A stretch of 64,000 bases of DNA from Lama glama (lineage: Eukaryota), in assembly GCA_028534125.1 (NCBI GenBank), contig CM052818.1:47184001-47248000 (forward strand), given 5' to 3'. Both the position numbers and the translations under genes were made by a program. The notes under the pieces are model-generated. The model had not been told where the DNA came from. It searched no databases and worked only from the letters and a program-made list of their open reading frames with translations. Positions 35,787 through 48,489 of this stretch are shown piece by piece; position 1 is the stretch's first letter, and each line of letters begins with the position of its first letter.

Positions 35787-35835
35787 CCATTCATTTGCTC
35801 ACTCATTCACTCACTCACTCATTCATTCATTCATT
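35787..35835. repeat. (CATT/CACT)n simple repeat, probably an L2 tail
   Basis: cattcatttgctcactcattcactcactcactcattcattcattcatt. Confidence 0.8.
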
Positions 35836-36037
35836 TCGGATTAACTCATTTTTTCACTCAGTCAACCAACTGAACCCTTGGCCTTGGGGCAGGACCTCCT
35901 GGCTAGATCATAACTTAGCTGTGGGCACCGCGGAGGCTGACCTTGGTGTATGTCCCCAGCACTGCCCTCACCCTCGACCTTGGAGTGCCCTGGGCATAAC
36001 ACGAATGCCTGGAAGGAAACTCAACAACTCGCTTGCT

Positions 36038-36284
36038 CAGGTTGGCAAACGACAGCCTGAGAACCAAGAATAGTTTTTATATTTTCAAATTTTTGGAAAA
36101 AAATCAAAAGATTTTTGATGAAATTCAGTTTTCACTTTTCTTGAAACTCTGTGCTGCCCACATATCCCTTGGGGCATTTTCACGCTGCAGTGGCCAAATT
36201 GAGGAGTTGTGACAGAGATTACAGTCCACAAAACCTAAGATATTTATCATCTGGCTTTTCACAGGAAAAAGTCACAGACCCCTG
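36038..36284. mobile_element. hAT-Charlie MITE (MER58B-like)
   Basis: caggttggcaaac..agaatagtttttatatttt..agttgtgacagaga..aaacctaagatatttatcatctggcttttcacaggaaaaagtcacagacccctg. Confidence 0.8.
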
Positions 36285-36377
36285 AGCTGGCTCGTTCCCT
36301 GATTTCTTAACACAATGGGAAAGGAGTTGAATCACACCCCTGGGTGCAATCCAGATATATAGAGACCATTCTGGTAA

Positions 36378-36456
36378 TGTGTGTGTGTGTGTTGTGTGTG
36401 TGTTTTGTGTGTGTGTGTGTTGTGTGTGTGTGTTGTGTTTGTGTGTGTGTGTGTGT
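36378..36456. repeat. Interrupted (TG)n microsatellite
   Basis: Directly visible. Confidence 0.95.
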
Positions 36457-37099
36457 ACAGGCACACAAGTTAGGGTGAAGGTGGTGTGGGGTGTCAGAAG
36501 TTGCATTGGTATCGTAGGTTATAATCAATCGTAGACGCTTGGTGGGGGAAAAGCAATCAGCAGAGATCTGAGGGTGTGCTGTAGTCCTTGAGCTCAAATT
36601 AACACATCTTCCCTACTCACTCCTCGCAAATACGGAAAGCAGTCTGAGTGTTAGAACTGAAATAACTGTGCCAGAGATCGCTGCTCCTCGCTGCAGGACC
36701 TAATCTCTACCGCTCCATCCATTGTAAGGAGACCTTTCCCTGCTGGCGAAGAGAGACGTGAGCCCCACGTCAGGGGGTGTGGATGAGGAGAGGAGCTCCA
36801 GGCATGCAAAGGGCCACACCTAGGCCAGGTGGGCCTGAGCGTGGGTGAGAGTGGCCGCCTAGGTCTATGAATCCAGAAGATTTAGGGACCACATCTTAAA
36901 GGAACCTTACCTAGAGTAGTGCTAACAAGTTGGCTAAATTGAGGGGATGTCCAAGCTTTATGCAAATTCATTGAATACTTCGTGTTCCAAGAGTCGTGCT
37001 GGATGCCAGGGATAGAAGAAGGCCCCTGCTCCAAGGAGGTGCCTTTGGCAAGAAAATTAAACGTAAACAACAACTAAGTGCAGAGTGAAAACTCTCATG

Positions 37100-37525
37100 C
37101 GTACAGTTTAGCCTCATCCCTGTTGCTCCCCTCCACATACTGACCACTGGCCACCCTGCCCCAGGGCCTTTGCACACCTTGTTCACTTTGCCTACCCAGA
37201 TCTTCTTTCTCCACACAAATTTGATCCATTCTTTTCTTACAGATTTTATATCAAATGTAACTTCATCTGAGGAGACTCGACAACTCTTCAGGCTAAATTA
37301 AGTCTCTGTCTTTGTGCTTCCATTGACCTTCATTTTTTTTTCTTCTTTTCTTTGATGAGGGTGTTTCTCAAAGCTGTACTGGTGCTATTATTTATTTGAT
37401 ATTCTCATACTAGCTCTGAGATCCCTGAAAGCAAAAATAATGCCTGTTTTCTCTGTCGGTGTATCCCAGGTGCTCAGGAGAGGGCTGGCGTGTGGCAGGA
37501 AGTGCCAGTTCCTGAGTGAATGAAC
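37100..37525 (+). mobile_element. L2 3' end remnant
   Basis: cctgccccagggcctttgcaca..tcaaatgtaacttcatctgaggagac..gtgtatcccagg..tgagtgaatgaa. Confidence 0.75.
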
Positions 37526-37539
37526 TTGTTCCTTTCCTT

Positions 37540-37710
37540 GGGACTTTTCTGTGTTCCAGGCACGGTGCTAAATGCTGTCCACGTTATAATGTGTGGAACG
37601 CTCCACAGAAAGGTCTGAATTTCATTTCACAGATGGAGAAAATAAGGCTGCTTTTGAGGATTCGACAGAGTTCCATCCAAGAGATAGAACCCACTTCTCT
37701 CTGACTCCAA
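37540..37710 (-). mobile_element. MIR remnant
   Basis: tgtgttccaggcacggtgctaaatgct..catttcacagatggagaaaataaggct..ctgactccaaa. Confidence 0.75.
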
Positions 37711-38689
37711 ATCTCTCAGGGCTACTTTACAGATAAAGAAATTGTGTGTAACACATTCTGCTTCAAATCGATTCCCACTGGGAAAGAGAAATGCCTTGGA
37801 AAATATTTTATTTTATACATACAAAGGTTTTCTCAGCATGGTTTATCAACATAATCATCGTCGCATTATCATCATCAAGAGATGAGAGAGGAGCTCACAG
37901 AAGAGAGGCGCTCCTTCCTCAGTCACTCTGGAGCAGTCGGTAAATGGAGGGACGCGCGGTGTTCTGCTCGACTTTTAACGGTGTTCCCTTCTTGAATGCT
38001 CACAGGACGCTGGAGTGTTAGAAGGAACGTTAGCGAAGACCTGGCTCAGCCTGCTGGGCCATCACACCTGGACGTGTTTGGGGGGCTTCTCCGTCGTCAA
38101 ACCCTCGGTTGACTCAGGTGCTCCTGGCTGTGTGTTCCCAGGATCCCTCCTGAAAGCCTTTTCCACTTTTTCTCTGTTTGAGAAAAAACTGCTCACTTTC
38201 AACTTCGTCACGTTGTATTCTGAGATGTGAGATTTTAAGTATATTTTCATGTAAGTTATTTGAACTTTCAGTCCCATCTCCGCATCCCCCTCCCCCCCAT
38301 CTGCTGCCCAGGGTTTAGTCTGGGAGCACTGAACATATGAAATCAAGAAAACGGATCTGGCAAGTCACTCCTGCCTCGTCGATACTGGGTTGCGGGCGCC
38401 ACCCCGTGAGTCAGGGTGCCCTGGAGGTCACACCCTTCCTAGCTTCCGTTTCCCTGTGACTCTTTGCCCACCCGAAGTCCAGAGGGGTTTCATAATAGTA
38501 CGAAGCCATTTACAGAATAAATAGGAGCAGAGATCAGGAAGTCATCTCTAATTTCAGAGTGTCCTTAATCCTCCTCAGAATAGAGAGTGATGACGATGAT
38601 GATGACCGTGGTGATAACTCCAGCAACAGGCAAACGTTCGGCCAAGCCCTTCACGATGACGTTTCTCATGACACCTTCAGACGCTTCTA

Positions 38690-39260
38690 GTTTGCATTAT
38701 TGACCACGACGGCCCCGCTCCGCGGGCGGTGGCCTGGAGTGGCAGTGGGCTGCCGGGGGGCTGCGCGAGGCAGACAACACACGACCGGTGGGGCCGGGGA
38801 AACGGCTTCGTTGTCTTCTGGGGAACAGAGGGACGCTTCTCTGTCACCCAAAACATCTCCACGTCTGTTCTCTAGTTCCTTAGACCACAGTAATAGGAGA
38901 GGAAAGCTACCAAAGAAATGCCCCAGTGAACGGTTAAAATACTGACTCCTACTGAGGTAAACCGGATGCCCGCATGCCTGCACGCGGGGGGCCCGACCGC
39001 ACCTGCGTCCCTGCGCGGCTGCCAGTCGTTTCCATCTTACGCTCCACACGCGTCCCGATGCGGCCGGTCACGCATCACGTGGACAACAAACCATATACCA
39101 AGATGCCATAGGGTCGCTCTAGACAGAAACACGAGGCTTGGCTGGGGGTGGGGGAAGCAGAGGAAAGCAGGGAGGTTGGCAGTGTGCGAGGGAGGAGCCA
39201 GAGACGGGGCCGGGCACCGCCGCCCCAGGTTTCTTAAGGCTGGCTCTGCGCTTGTGTCGG
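38690..39260. promoter_or_regulatory. Small CpG-rich region
   Basis: Hand count of about 36 CpG in 38701-39120, concentrated in two patches. Confidence 0.6.
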
Positions 39261-39544
39261 AGCAAGCCGCCTCCCCAGCAGTCACTGAAGTCTTGCTGCA
39301 ATCTTTCTTTCTTTTTTAAAAAATAGTATCATCATGACTTTTTCTTCAGCTTCAGGGAAGCGTAACGGACAAACAGAATCACAAGTATTTAAAGCACACG
39401 TCCTGATGACGCGCCTGCGGGCTGTGAAAGGAGCGCCCCCATCTAGCCAGTCAGCACAGCCGTCACCTCACGCAGGCATCTTTCTTCCTTTCCTTTGCTT
39501 GCTTTCTTCTCCTCCCCCTCCCCCTTCTCCTCCTCTTTTTCTTC

Positions 39545-39915
39545 TTCTTTTTTGTCGTTGAGAACATTTAAGTTCTACTCTCTTAGCAAATGTCAATGGT
39601 CCGATACAATATTATTAACTACAGCCATCATCATGTTTCGCATCCTAGACCTTATTCATCTCAGAGCCGAAAGTTCATCCCCATTTACCAACCTCTCCCT
39701 AGGTTCCTCACCCACCGGCCCCTGGCAAACCACTTTTCTACTCTCTGTTTCTATGCGTTTGACATTTTTTTTTTTTAAGATTTTATCTATAAGTGACACT
39801 ATGCAGTATTCGTCTTTCTCTTTCTTACTTCACTTTGTCTAATGCCCCTGAGTTCCTTCCATGTTATTGGAAACAGCAGACTTTCCTTCCTTTTCCCAGC
39901 AGAATAATGTCCCAT
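39545..39915 (-). mobile_element. LINE-1 3'UTR fragment (L1MA9-like)
   Basis: gagaacatttaagttctactctcttagcaaatgtcaa..aaccacttttctactctctgtttctatg..tataagtgacactatgcagtatt. Confidence 0.85.
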
Positions 39916-42900
39916 CCTGGGTACCCAGCAGACGATGTCTTTTTTGGTAGGACGTGAGGTCACTCAGCATCCATGAGCTCCCCGCCTGGATCCCCCAGCC
40001 ACAGCCTCAGTGTGGGTATCCCGCCGCCCACCCCAGTTTCAAAGTGTCTTGTTGGTTTTTCCCACATCTCTGTTCACCTCCGGCCATGGCTGGACCACTC
40101 AGATTTGCCCACAGCGTAGGGAAAACCCTTTCTTCCTCTCCCAGCCATGGTCTTCTTTCTCGTTTGTCCTCACAGCATCTCCCGGATCCTATGGGATCTT
40201 CCTGCCACCTCCCTTCTTGACTACATGCATCAAAGTCAGGGTCCCAGTGGGGTTCCCACCTCTGGCCACCTCAACCAAGATCAGATTCCTCACCCAGGGC
40301 TGGGAGGGCCCACATGGCTCTCATAGACTCCTGCACCCCCCACCCCGACCCCTTCCCTGCACTCCCGAGACTCACCGTGAGCTCTCCATCCAGCCCTGCA
40401 CCACATCTTTGCAAGTTTGCACACACAGCTCACGTGTGTGTGTGCATGAGTGTGTGTACGTGCATATGTGTGCTTAGGAGATGGCCAGAGGACAGGACCC
40501 TGAGATGAAGAACACATTCTAAAGCCATCCTCCTCGCCTCATGTGTTTCTGCTTTGGGGGATGAAAGTGACAGCATGTTTACTATTACTCAGAGCCCACA
40601 CGGCAAGAGAAGGACTCAGGTTGTGTATTTCTTGCACGTTGTTCCTGGGAAGCCCATCTGAACGCACAGCTCAGGTATATGGAAGTACAGAAAGGACTGC
40701 TGTGTGTTCCCTGACGATGTTTATAGCCTAACATGGGAAACAGATGTGAATATAAAAGAGAAGGCACGTGTTTCCCCAAAGCTAAAAGTATGTGAGAAAT
40801 GTTCAAAACGGTCCCCAAAGCGCTCTTGTCACCCTCGGTGGGGGACCCCAGGCCTGTGCTTTCCATCAGCACACCTTCTGTTTCTCTCCGGGGGCCGTAC
40901 TGACTTGTGTACTGGCGTCCTCCCTCCCTGACCCAGGCGCTGCCTCCTGAGCAAGGGCATCGTTAGGCTTCTCGGTTTGCTGATGGGTTGGTTGTCCCTG
41001 GCAGAGGGTTTATGACTTTAAGGTATCAGTTTCCACTTAAGTGGTGGATTCAGAGCATGCCAGGCCAAGGCATTATTTGTTAGCGTTCGAACATTATACA
41101 CAAATAAGTTCTGAATTTCTGCTTGGAAACAGGAAAAGGGTCATTTCAATAGTTTAAATATGATTAACTTGCTTAGAAAAAGAAAGAAAGGAAGAAAATA
41201 AAATTAAAAAAAAAAGAACCCTGAAGCTATAATGGCATACACAGCTAACCGGATAGATTTATTGAAGTTTTTGTTCCATGTTAGAAATATGTCTACAGAT
41301 GCCCCACGGTAAAATTAGGTAGGCTTATGGCACTGAGAAAACTGAAAGCTAGAAACACATGGAATGAGTAAGATGATATTTCCAGCAATCAATGCATCCT
41401 ATAACGTGATTGAAGAGAGCTTCCTCTACCCAGCAATTTTGGACTTAGGGCTCCAATTCTGTGTTTCTCGCCCTCAATTATGGTAAAGGCCAAATCCCAT
41501 TATGACAAACTGTAATAGATCATCAAAATTCTTGAGTTAGACTTCGAAATCTGTTATGTTAATGTGCCTTGATCTAAATGTGACTAGGACTTGGAAATCT
41601 TTTTGTTAGAGTGAAAATTCTGGCTATAAAGATATTTGGCGGATGCATTCAGTTCTTCCCTTTCCTAGAGCAGGAAAAGTCCTGGAGGATAAAACAGTGC
41701 AGATTGTTTGGTGAGTCTGCTTAGACCACGAAGCTGGGCTGAGGTCTCAGGGAAGGTTGCTTTCGTGTCTGTTCATTGCAGATTCAGCAAAGAAGCAGAG
41801 GTGTAAGAAATTGTGGCCAGTGGAAATGGCCCCAGGGACCCTTTAGTTTCTAAGAGGCGGGGCTCATAGTGTTGCAGAGTACTTTCTTGCTGGGGACCCA
41901 CAAACTTCCCTCTAGACTAGGCAGGCTCCCTTTCAGCACTCTGGGAGCGCTTACTTTTTACAAAGCAATTCTTCCTGCATCCCCACGTCATACAAACATC
42001 AATGGGTCTACTCAAGCTTTCAGTGCAGGACTAACAAAAGAGGTAACTGCTAGGAGAGTCTTCTGAAATAAAAGGTTATTCTGAGACCTGTGTATGAGAA
42101 AATACCTCCCTCTGAAGGGTAAGGTATTAAAGGCACTTTAAAAGGGAGGCCAACATTTCGAACCCAATATTTTCTTTCTTTTCAGTGATAGATGACCTAA
42201 TTCCTTTGGGTAAGCTCAGAGAAAGCAAACAGGAATAGGACAATTTTCCCTAGATGGGTAGTTTAGTGTAAGCGTCCTATATGAAAAAAAAAAATCAACT
42301 TAACCCTTCATGTACTGGAAGACAAGCTAAAGAATGTGTTCCTCTGAGAGTCTGCGCTCCAAGAAATCCTTCCATCTGTGTCAGGAGGGGAAAAAATATC
42401 CCTTCACACACGTGGCACTGAGCAATCTGTTCTTTTAACTTGTCCAAATACTATCTAGGTCCTTCTTGGAGCCTCATTGGCTGGGACATTTGTTTTCACA
42501 TTGTTTTCACATCTTATTCTTACCTTAAAGATAATCCAAAATTAATAGGATCTTTGGACTGTCTTTTCTAGTTCATGTTAACATAATTTTGCCTGAAAGT
42601 CCTAAGGGGAGGTGCCTGAAAGCATTTTAGTGTGATAAAAATTATCTGAAATGTGGTTATAAGCAAAAAAGACTCCTGGGTGTTTTCTCAATGCGGTGCT
42701 GTGCCCTTTGATTGACTTCCTATAAACTGGGATGTTTTGCCACCCTGCAGGGGCAGACTTTAATGTGGAGATTTTTATCTGATAGAGATGCAAATAATTT
42801 CGGACCAGTGGGAAACGTTAGCCCCAAAGATTCTGGCATATGCCCTTATAGAATATTAATCAATTCGACAGCTAACCTAGCAATACTTGTCTAAAAGTCC

Positions 42901-45159
42901 TTTGTAATCTTATAAATATCCAGCGCCTCAAATTTTCATTGCGAATCAGCATTAACGTCTTAGTGGCTTCCTCATTAACTAATGAGAAGAAAAAAGTCTT
43001 TGGCATATGTGTTTATATTTGTAGGACAGTTGTGTTTTCTTTTACTTTTTGAAACTTAGACCATCACGCCAGGAAATAACACGGTCCCAAGGCCGGGGAA
43101 TTTCTTCACGAGTCTTTCGTAGGATTCTCTGAATAGCATTCCATTTGTATCCCCCTTCTCTGCCCATGGAGCTTTTCTGAGAAGGATTCAATAGCTTCCA
43201 CTCTTCCCCAGAAAATGTTCAACTGTATCTGCACATGCCAGGGCCATCTGGAAGGAACCCAGACTTCAAAGAAGAGAAAAAGAAGCAGAACAAAATTCGG
43301 TGGCTGTTCCCTCACGTAGAGACTCTGACGGCAGGATATGGGAGCCCTGATCAGAATCAGGTGATGCTCATGACCCTTACAAGCTGTCACTCAGAAGTCT
43401 GCTACCCGACCCTGTGGTCCTCCCAGTGCCGCCCCTTAGATTAGCCATCTGCCTAGAATGACTTGTGTTTGCCACATCCATCTAATGGAGCTTTTACCTG
43501 CCTGCCCCACTGGGACAGCTTTCCCCCGGGAGGGTTGGCATCACTGCCCAGGGACCATCTTTGTGCCTGCCCTCTGTCTGTTCATGTTAAGGCTTTGCTG
43601 GTCTCAGAATCACACAGGCTACTAGCACAACTTTTTCCAATGGTTGTTCATGATAACTTGCGTCTCTGACTTCACCTTTATCTACAAAACGTACTTCATG
43701 ACTCATCATATGCCTCTTATTTCTTCTCCGTTTTTTCTTTCTGGGTCATCTTACCCTCTTAGGGCACCCAAACATATTCCAACTCCTATTATTTTGTATT
43801 GTTGAGCAATTCGCCTCTTCTTTTCCAGATCAAGTCTCAGGGGCTTCCAATTTCCATGCAAAATAGGCAACTTAAGATACTTTGCTAAGTAGAAGAGTTA
43901 CAGAACTAGGAGGAAAGTTAGTCTCTTCTCTAGGAGTCAGAAATGGCTGTAATCAGTGTTTCTGTCAGTCTGAATAGCAACATTCTAAACCTTCACCCAA
44001 CACTAGCAGAGGTGATTAGGTGGGAGATAATACCAGCAGCTAAGGAAGGATCCCAGAGAAGGACCAGATTTAGTTGGAAGGTGGGGAGTTCAGCTTTGGA
44101 ACAGTTCCAAGTGAGGTTCCTATGGAACATCACAGTATCATGTGATGGTTTTCAAGACCTGGAGACCTTTGCTTCGATGTTGAAACTTTCTGCCCTTCCT
44201 CAATGATGGGGAAAACCTTGACTCTCATTTTGGCTTCAAGTCAGAGGAAACCATTTGCTTCTTTCTTCTTAAAGCCCTCCCCTTTGGCTCTGAATTACAA
44301 AGAAGTAGCCCTTTTCCAGGCTGAGGGTCTTATAAAATAACAGGAGTTATGAACTCCTGAGCATGATCCACTAACAGACTTCCCGCCTGTGCCCACAGCA
44401 GGCTGCCCCACATTTTGCAAGCATGCCTGCCCCATTGTGCGGTCTTGGCTGCAGTGGCCAGACGTAAAGTTTCAGCTGCTGTTTCACAGCTTGGATTTTA
44501 AAGAGCCCAGAAGGAGAGATTGAAACCTGAATGACTAATGTGGCCATCGGATGCATCATCTATCACCCAAACGGTCTGCGTGGAGCGCTCGTTGCTAGAA
44601 AACTCTCCCAAACATGCTTTTTATATCTCACCCTCAACCAGAATGAACCACTCAACTGTACTCATCAACCAATCAGAGTGTGAAGATTTATACTGTTGGA
44701 CCAGAGCAAATCAAAATAGTGTACGTTCAAAACCTGCGTTATGGGCAGTGAAATTTCCCTAAGCTATTGTGTCTGGTCTTGTAAAAATGATTGCCTGGAG
44801 GATCTGGGACATTTCCTGGGCAATATTTAATTACGTAGTTTAGAGTCTGATAGTTAGATGTAGTTACTATGGCCAGACTTACTGACACCATTTTGACCCA
44901 TCACAGACCAACATGCATAGAAACCTATATTGTGCCAAGAATCCTTCAGAAGTCATTTAGAGAGTAAATGTTTTCAAAAAACGAATTAGTGGAAAGATAA
45001 AGAAAGAGAGCCGGAGATTTCAGTATTAGTTTGAGCTTGACTCCTTCCTGCTCAGCCTTGTGCCTTGGGTAAGATCTGAGCCTTTGAGTGTGGAATATAT
45101 AAGATGAGGCAGTTAAACTAAACACTCTCCAGGGCTCCCCTCCATCCTCAATTAATTCT

Positions 45160-45432
45160 TTTTTTTTTATATTGAAGTGTAGTTGATCTACAATGTTAGT
45201 TTTAGGGTGTGCAGCAAAGTGACTCAGCTATACATATGCATACATATATATATTTCCTTTTCAGATTCTGTTCCATTATATGTTATTAGAAGAAATTGAA
45301 TATAGTTCCCTGTGCTCTACAGCAGGTCCTTGTTGTTTATCTGTTTTACATCCAGTAATGTGTGTCTGTTAATCCCCAACCCCTAATTTATTCCTCTTTG
45401 CCCTTTCCCCTTTGGTAACCATAGTGTGTTTT
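45160..45432 (-). mobile_element. Short 5'-truncated LINE-1 3' end inserted in a MIR
   Basis: Poly-T, then attgaagtgtagttgatctacaatg..ccctttggtaaccatag; near-TSD catcctcaattaattct/catcctacacttaattct (45143-45159, 45433-45450). Confidence 0.88.
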
Positions 45433-45634
45433 CATCCTACACTTAATTCTATATGTGTTTCTATCTACTTCCCTTTAGGAGAAGGAAAAGGATAGGTCCC
45501 CATGCTTCTCCCTGCTCACCTCCCCAGCCCCAATCTAAGCATCGTCAGGGCCTTGTTCTCAGGTGGACCTTGGCCTGCACCATTGTGATGAGCTCCCTCC
45601 AATATTCCTGCTTCCTTAACAAGACATTTATTAT

Positions 45635-46197
45635 AAAGGATACTTCTTGATTTTGGGCTGCCCAGCATCTGAGCATCTTTCCTCTCTTTGGAGAACTCTG
45701 TTACTTTCATAGGTCGCTGTGAGCCTTGATGGATCCTAGAACCTACCTCCCAGTGCAGAAGCTTCATACACCAGGTTCTTGCCCCAGTGGACTCCCTTGT
45801 AGCCTGGGTACAGACTTAGGATCCGTTGCCAGACAGACTTGCCACAGTGTAAACACTCAGTGACACAGTGATGCAGAGACGCCAGAGAATCCATGGCGTG
45901 ACAGTGGTGGTTGCATACTGAGAAGGGGTGCTGGGAGCAACACCTGGGGCCTGGCTGGGTGTCACAGGGAGCGCAAGTGCCGGGGCTATGGCCGGACAGC
46001 AGCAATAGGGCTGTTCCCGGCAGACCAGTTCGTGTGATCTGGGGGCGTTGCTCCTAGTGATCTGCCAATACATTTAGTGTTCAAGTCCTCCCAGTGATTT
46101 TTGGAAGTTCATCTTGCAACATTTTAATACAGTCCTTTTACACTTATTTCAGCCAGACTCAGTTTCTTTGGCTTATAACCAAGTACTCTGACTTACA
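45635..46197 (+). mobile_element. Ancient ERVL-class LTR (LTR33/LTR41-like)
   Basis: Start ttttgggctgcccagcatctgagc; end ttttaatacagtccttttacacttatttcagccagactcagtttctttggcttataaccaagtactctgacttaca. Confidence 0.6.
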
Positions 46198-48161
46198 TAG
46201 TTACAACGGGACAGAGAATGGGAAATGGGATTTCCTTATGACAGCCCTGTCCAGAGGCCAAAACCAGATAAAATCATGAAATCGCTGTGTTCAAATTTCT
46301 GCCTCTTTCACTAATCTTTGATTCTTCAAGAGCAGAGATGTGTCTGACCTGTCTCTACAGTCCTAGAACTAAATGTTGTCTCGCACAAAATGAGTTTTTT
46401 TCATAGAAGTATGGGCAAAGTGTGAATTGCTTTCAAAGGAGCCGCCTAGGGGATTCAAGAAAAGCTTATAACAAGAGTGTCATGTGGGTTGGATCCTAAA
46501 ATAAAAGTAAATACATATGTCAGAGTAAATAGGTGAGTCTAGAAAAGGCATTCGGGTGGAGAGAAAATTGAGTGTAAAGACAGAATGGGGCATTCAGAGC
46601 AGGGCAATCAGTGTGGTGCCTGAGGACCACATCAGGGTGTCTCCTCTCCCATGGAAGGAGCAGTGGAGAGAACTTAGTGCTCCCGGGGAAATCAGCCTGG
46701 CTCAGGAGAAGCGAGAGGAAAGAGTACTTTCACGCATCAGCACAGCTCCCAAGTTTGCAAATCTTAGCTTTAAAGAAGTGAGAGCCTTAACTGACTACAT
46801 TAACACATCTAAAGGCAGAATTGGGACATAAAAGGTGGGTGGATCAGCCACAAATTAGCATCTGGTTTATAAATCAGTCTTGCTAGCTTGATTAATGGGA
46901 GACTGTCACGAAAAAAATAAATCTCTATTTTGATGATGATAAATTAAGATTTCTGAACAGGTGAGGCTCAGGAGCAGACTAAGGACAGAGGGTAACTCCC
47001 TAAGGAAATGTCATCTTGTGAGAGATGGCAGTTAGGAAACCCATAGTGCAGCATTTGGCCATTTGCAAAATATGCCTTTATTTTGAGCTTTTGTATTTTG
47101 CATGGCTAGAAAGTAGTGCTTCTGGAAGGAGGTGGTGTATGTGTACTGTGGGGTCAGAAGAAGAACGTGGGGGCTGGCTGGCTGAGGGACAGCAGCCCCA
47201 GGTATGTTTTTGTATCCTATGCTGGGCAAAGAGAGAAGCTTCCAGGCCATGGATTGCAATGAAAGCAATTAGAAAAATCACTTTCTTTCAATCAGCACTA
47301 TTAGAGCAGATCCTGGAGATCACGGGTTTGGCAAGATGACAAAGGCCTGGCCTTGCACTCCAGGGGTTCTCAGTCTAGAGAGAGACAAACACCCCAGAGC
47401 TGCATGACAAGGTCAACAGGAGATGCATCCACAAGACATGGAAACCAGATTGATGGATCATCTCTGGGAAAAGAGAACGAGAGGCCAGGAAAAGCCAGCT
47501 GACAGCCTTCCCATGGCCAGGCTCGGGTGGGTGGGTGCTGAATGGAACTGTGGCTGGTGGTTCAGGCCAGCTGGTCCGGCTCCACCTCCACCCCACCTCC
47601 TGGTACTGTGAGCTCTCAGCGCGGAACCTCCCAGGGGAGCTCTTGGGAAGATGAGCTTGCCCACTCTCCCTCCAGAGTTCTCTGGACCTACATTTCCCTG
47701 CTGGTTCAGTTGCCAACAGGCTTCCAGCCATTTTCCATCTTTCAGAAGTTGCTTGAAATTCTGTGCTAGCTGACAGCCAACCCCTGCCCCTTTCCCACTT
47801 TGGAGATGATTTTGGTTTCATGGAAATTTCTTCAGTGTTAGTTCAATGGTTCTTTAGAGGGAGAAGGATGAAAGGGCTTGTTCAGCCTGCCATCTGAGCA
47901 TCTCTCAGGAAGAGACAGGTGCCTTGTTAACCTCATCTTAAAGCAAGCTGACACCAAGACACAGAGCTAAAAACACAGAGCGGGGTTAGAGCCCGTGGTC
48001 TCCTCACTGTGCTTCCCCGTGCCAGGTGGACAGGAACGGGGGGCTGAGGCCAGGTGCACCCAGGGGTGACGCGACTGCTGTGCCAGGGTGGGCTGCAAGG
48101 AGGTGCTGAGGGTGACGCGCTTCCAGGGGACCCCGAGGCTGGCTGGACGTGTGCCTTAGAG

Positions 48162-48321
48162 CAGCGGTTCCCGCACCTCGCTGAACATTAGAGATTTGAA
48201 ATTCCACATGCACAGCCACATCCTGCACCGATTAAGTGAGAATTTCTGGAGGCCGGCTCCAGGCAACTGAAATTTTTTAAGTTCCTCAAGTGATTCCACT
48301 GAACCTATTTTGAGAACCAGG
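48162..48321. mobile_element. hAT-Charlie MITE (MER5-like)
   Basis: TIR-like ends cagcggttccc...ttgagaaccag; internal attaagtgagaatttctggagg..gttcctcaagtgattc. Confidence 0.7.
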
Positions 48322-48327
48322 ACTTGG

Positions 48328-48489
48328 CAGGATTTCCCAACACTGATGTGCCCAGGAAAGACCTGGAGACCTTGTTAAATGCTGGTTCAGATTCAGCAGG
48401 TCTCGAATGGGGCCTGCAAATCTGAATTTCTAACAGGCTCCCAGGCAATGCCGATGCGTCTGGCCCCAGACCACATGCTGGGTAGCCAG
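48328..48489. mobile_element. hAT-Charlie MITE (MER5A-like)
   Basis: gattcagcaggtctcgaatggggcctgcaaatctgaatttctaacaggctcccaggcaatgccgatgc..agaccaca. Confidence 0.85.

Noticed and set aside
41932..41951. REST/RE1 site (TTCAGCACTCTGGGAGCGCT)
   Set aside because: The right half lacks GGACAG and is one base short of canonical spacing
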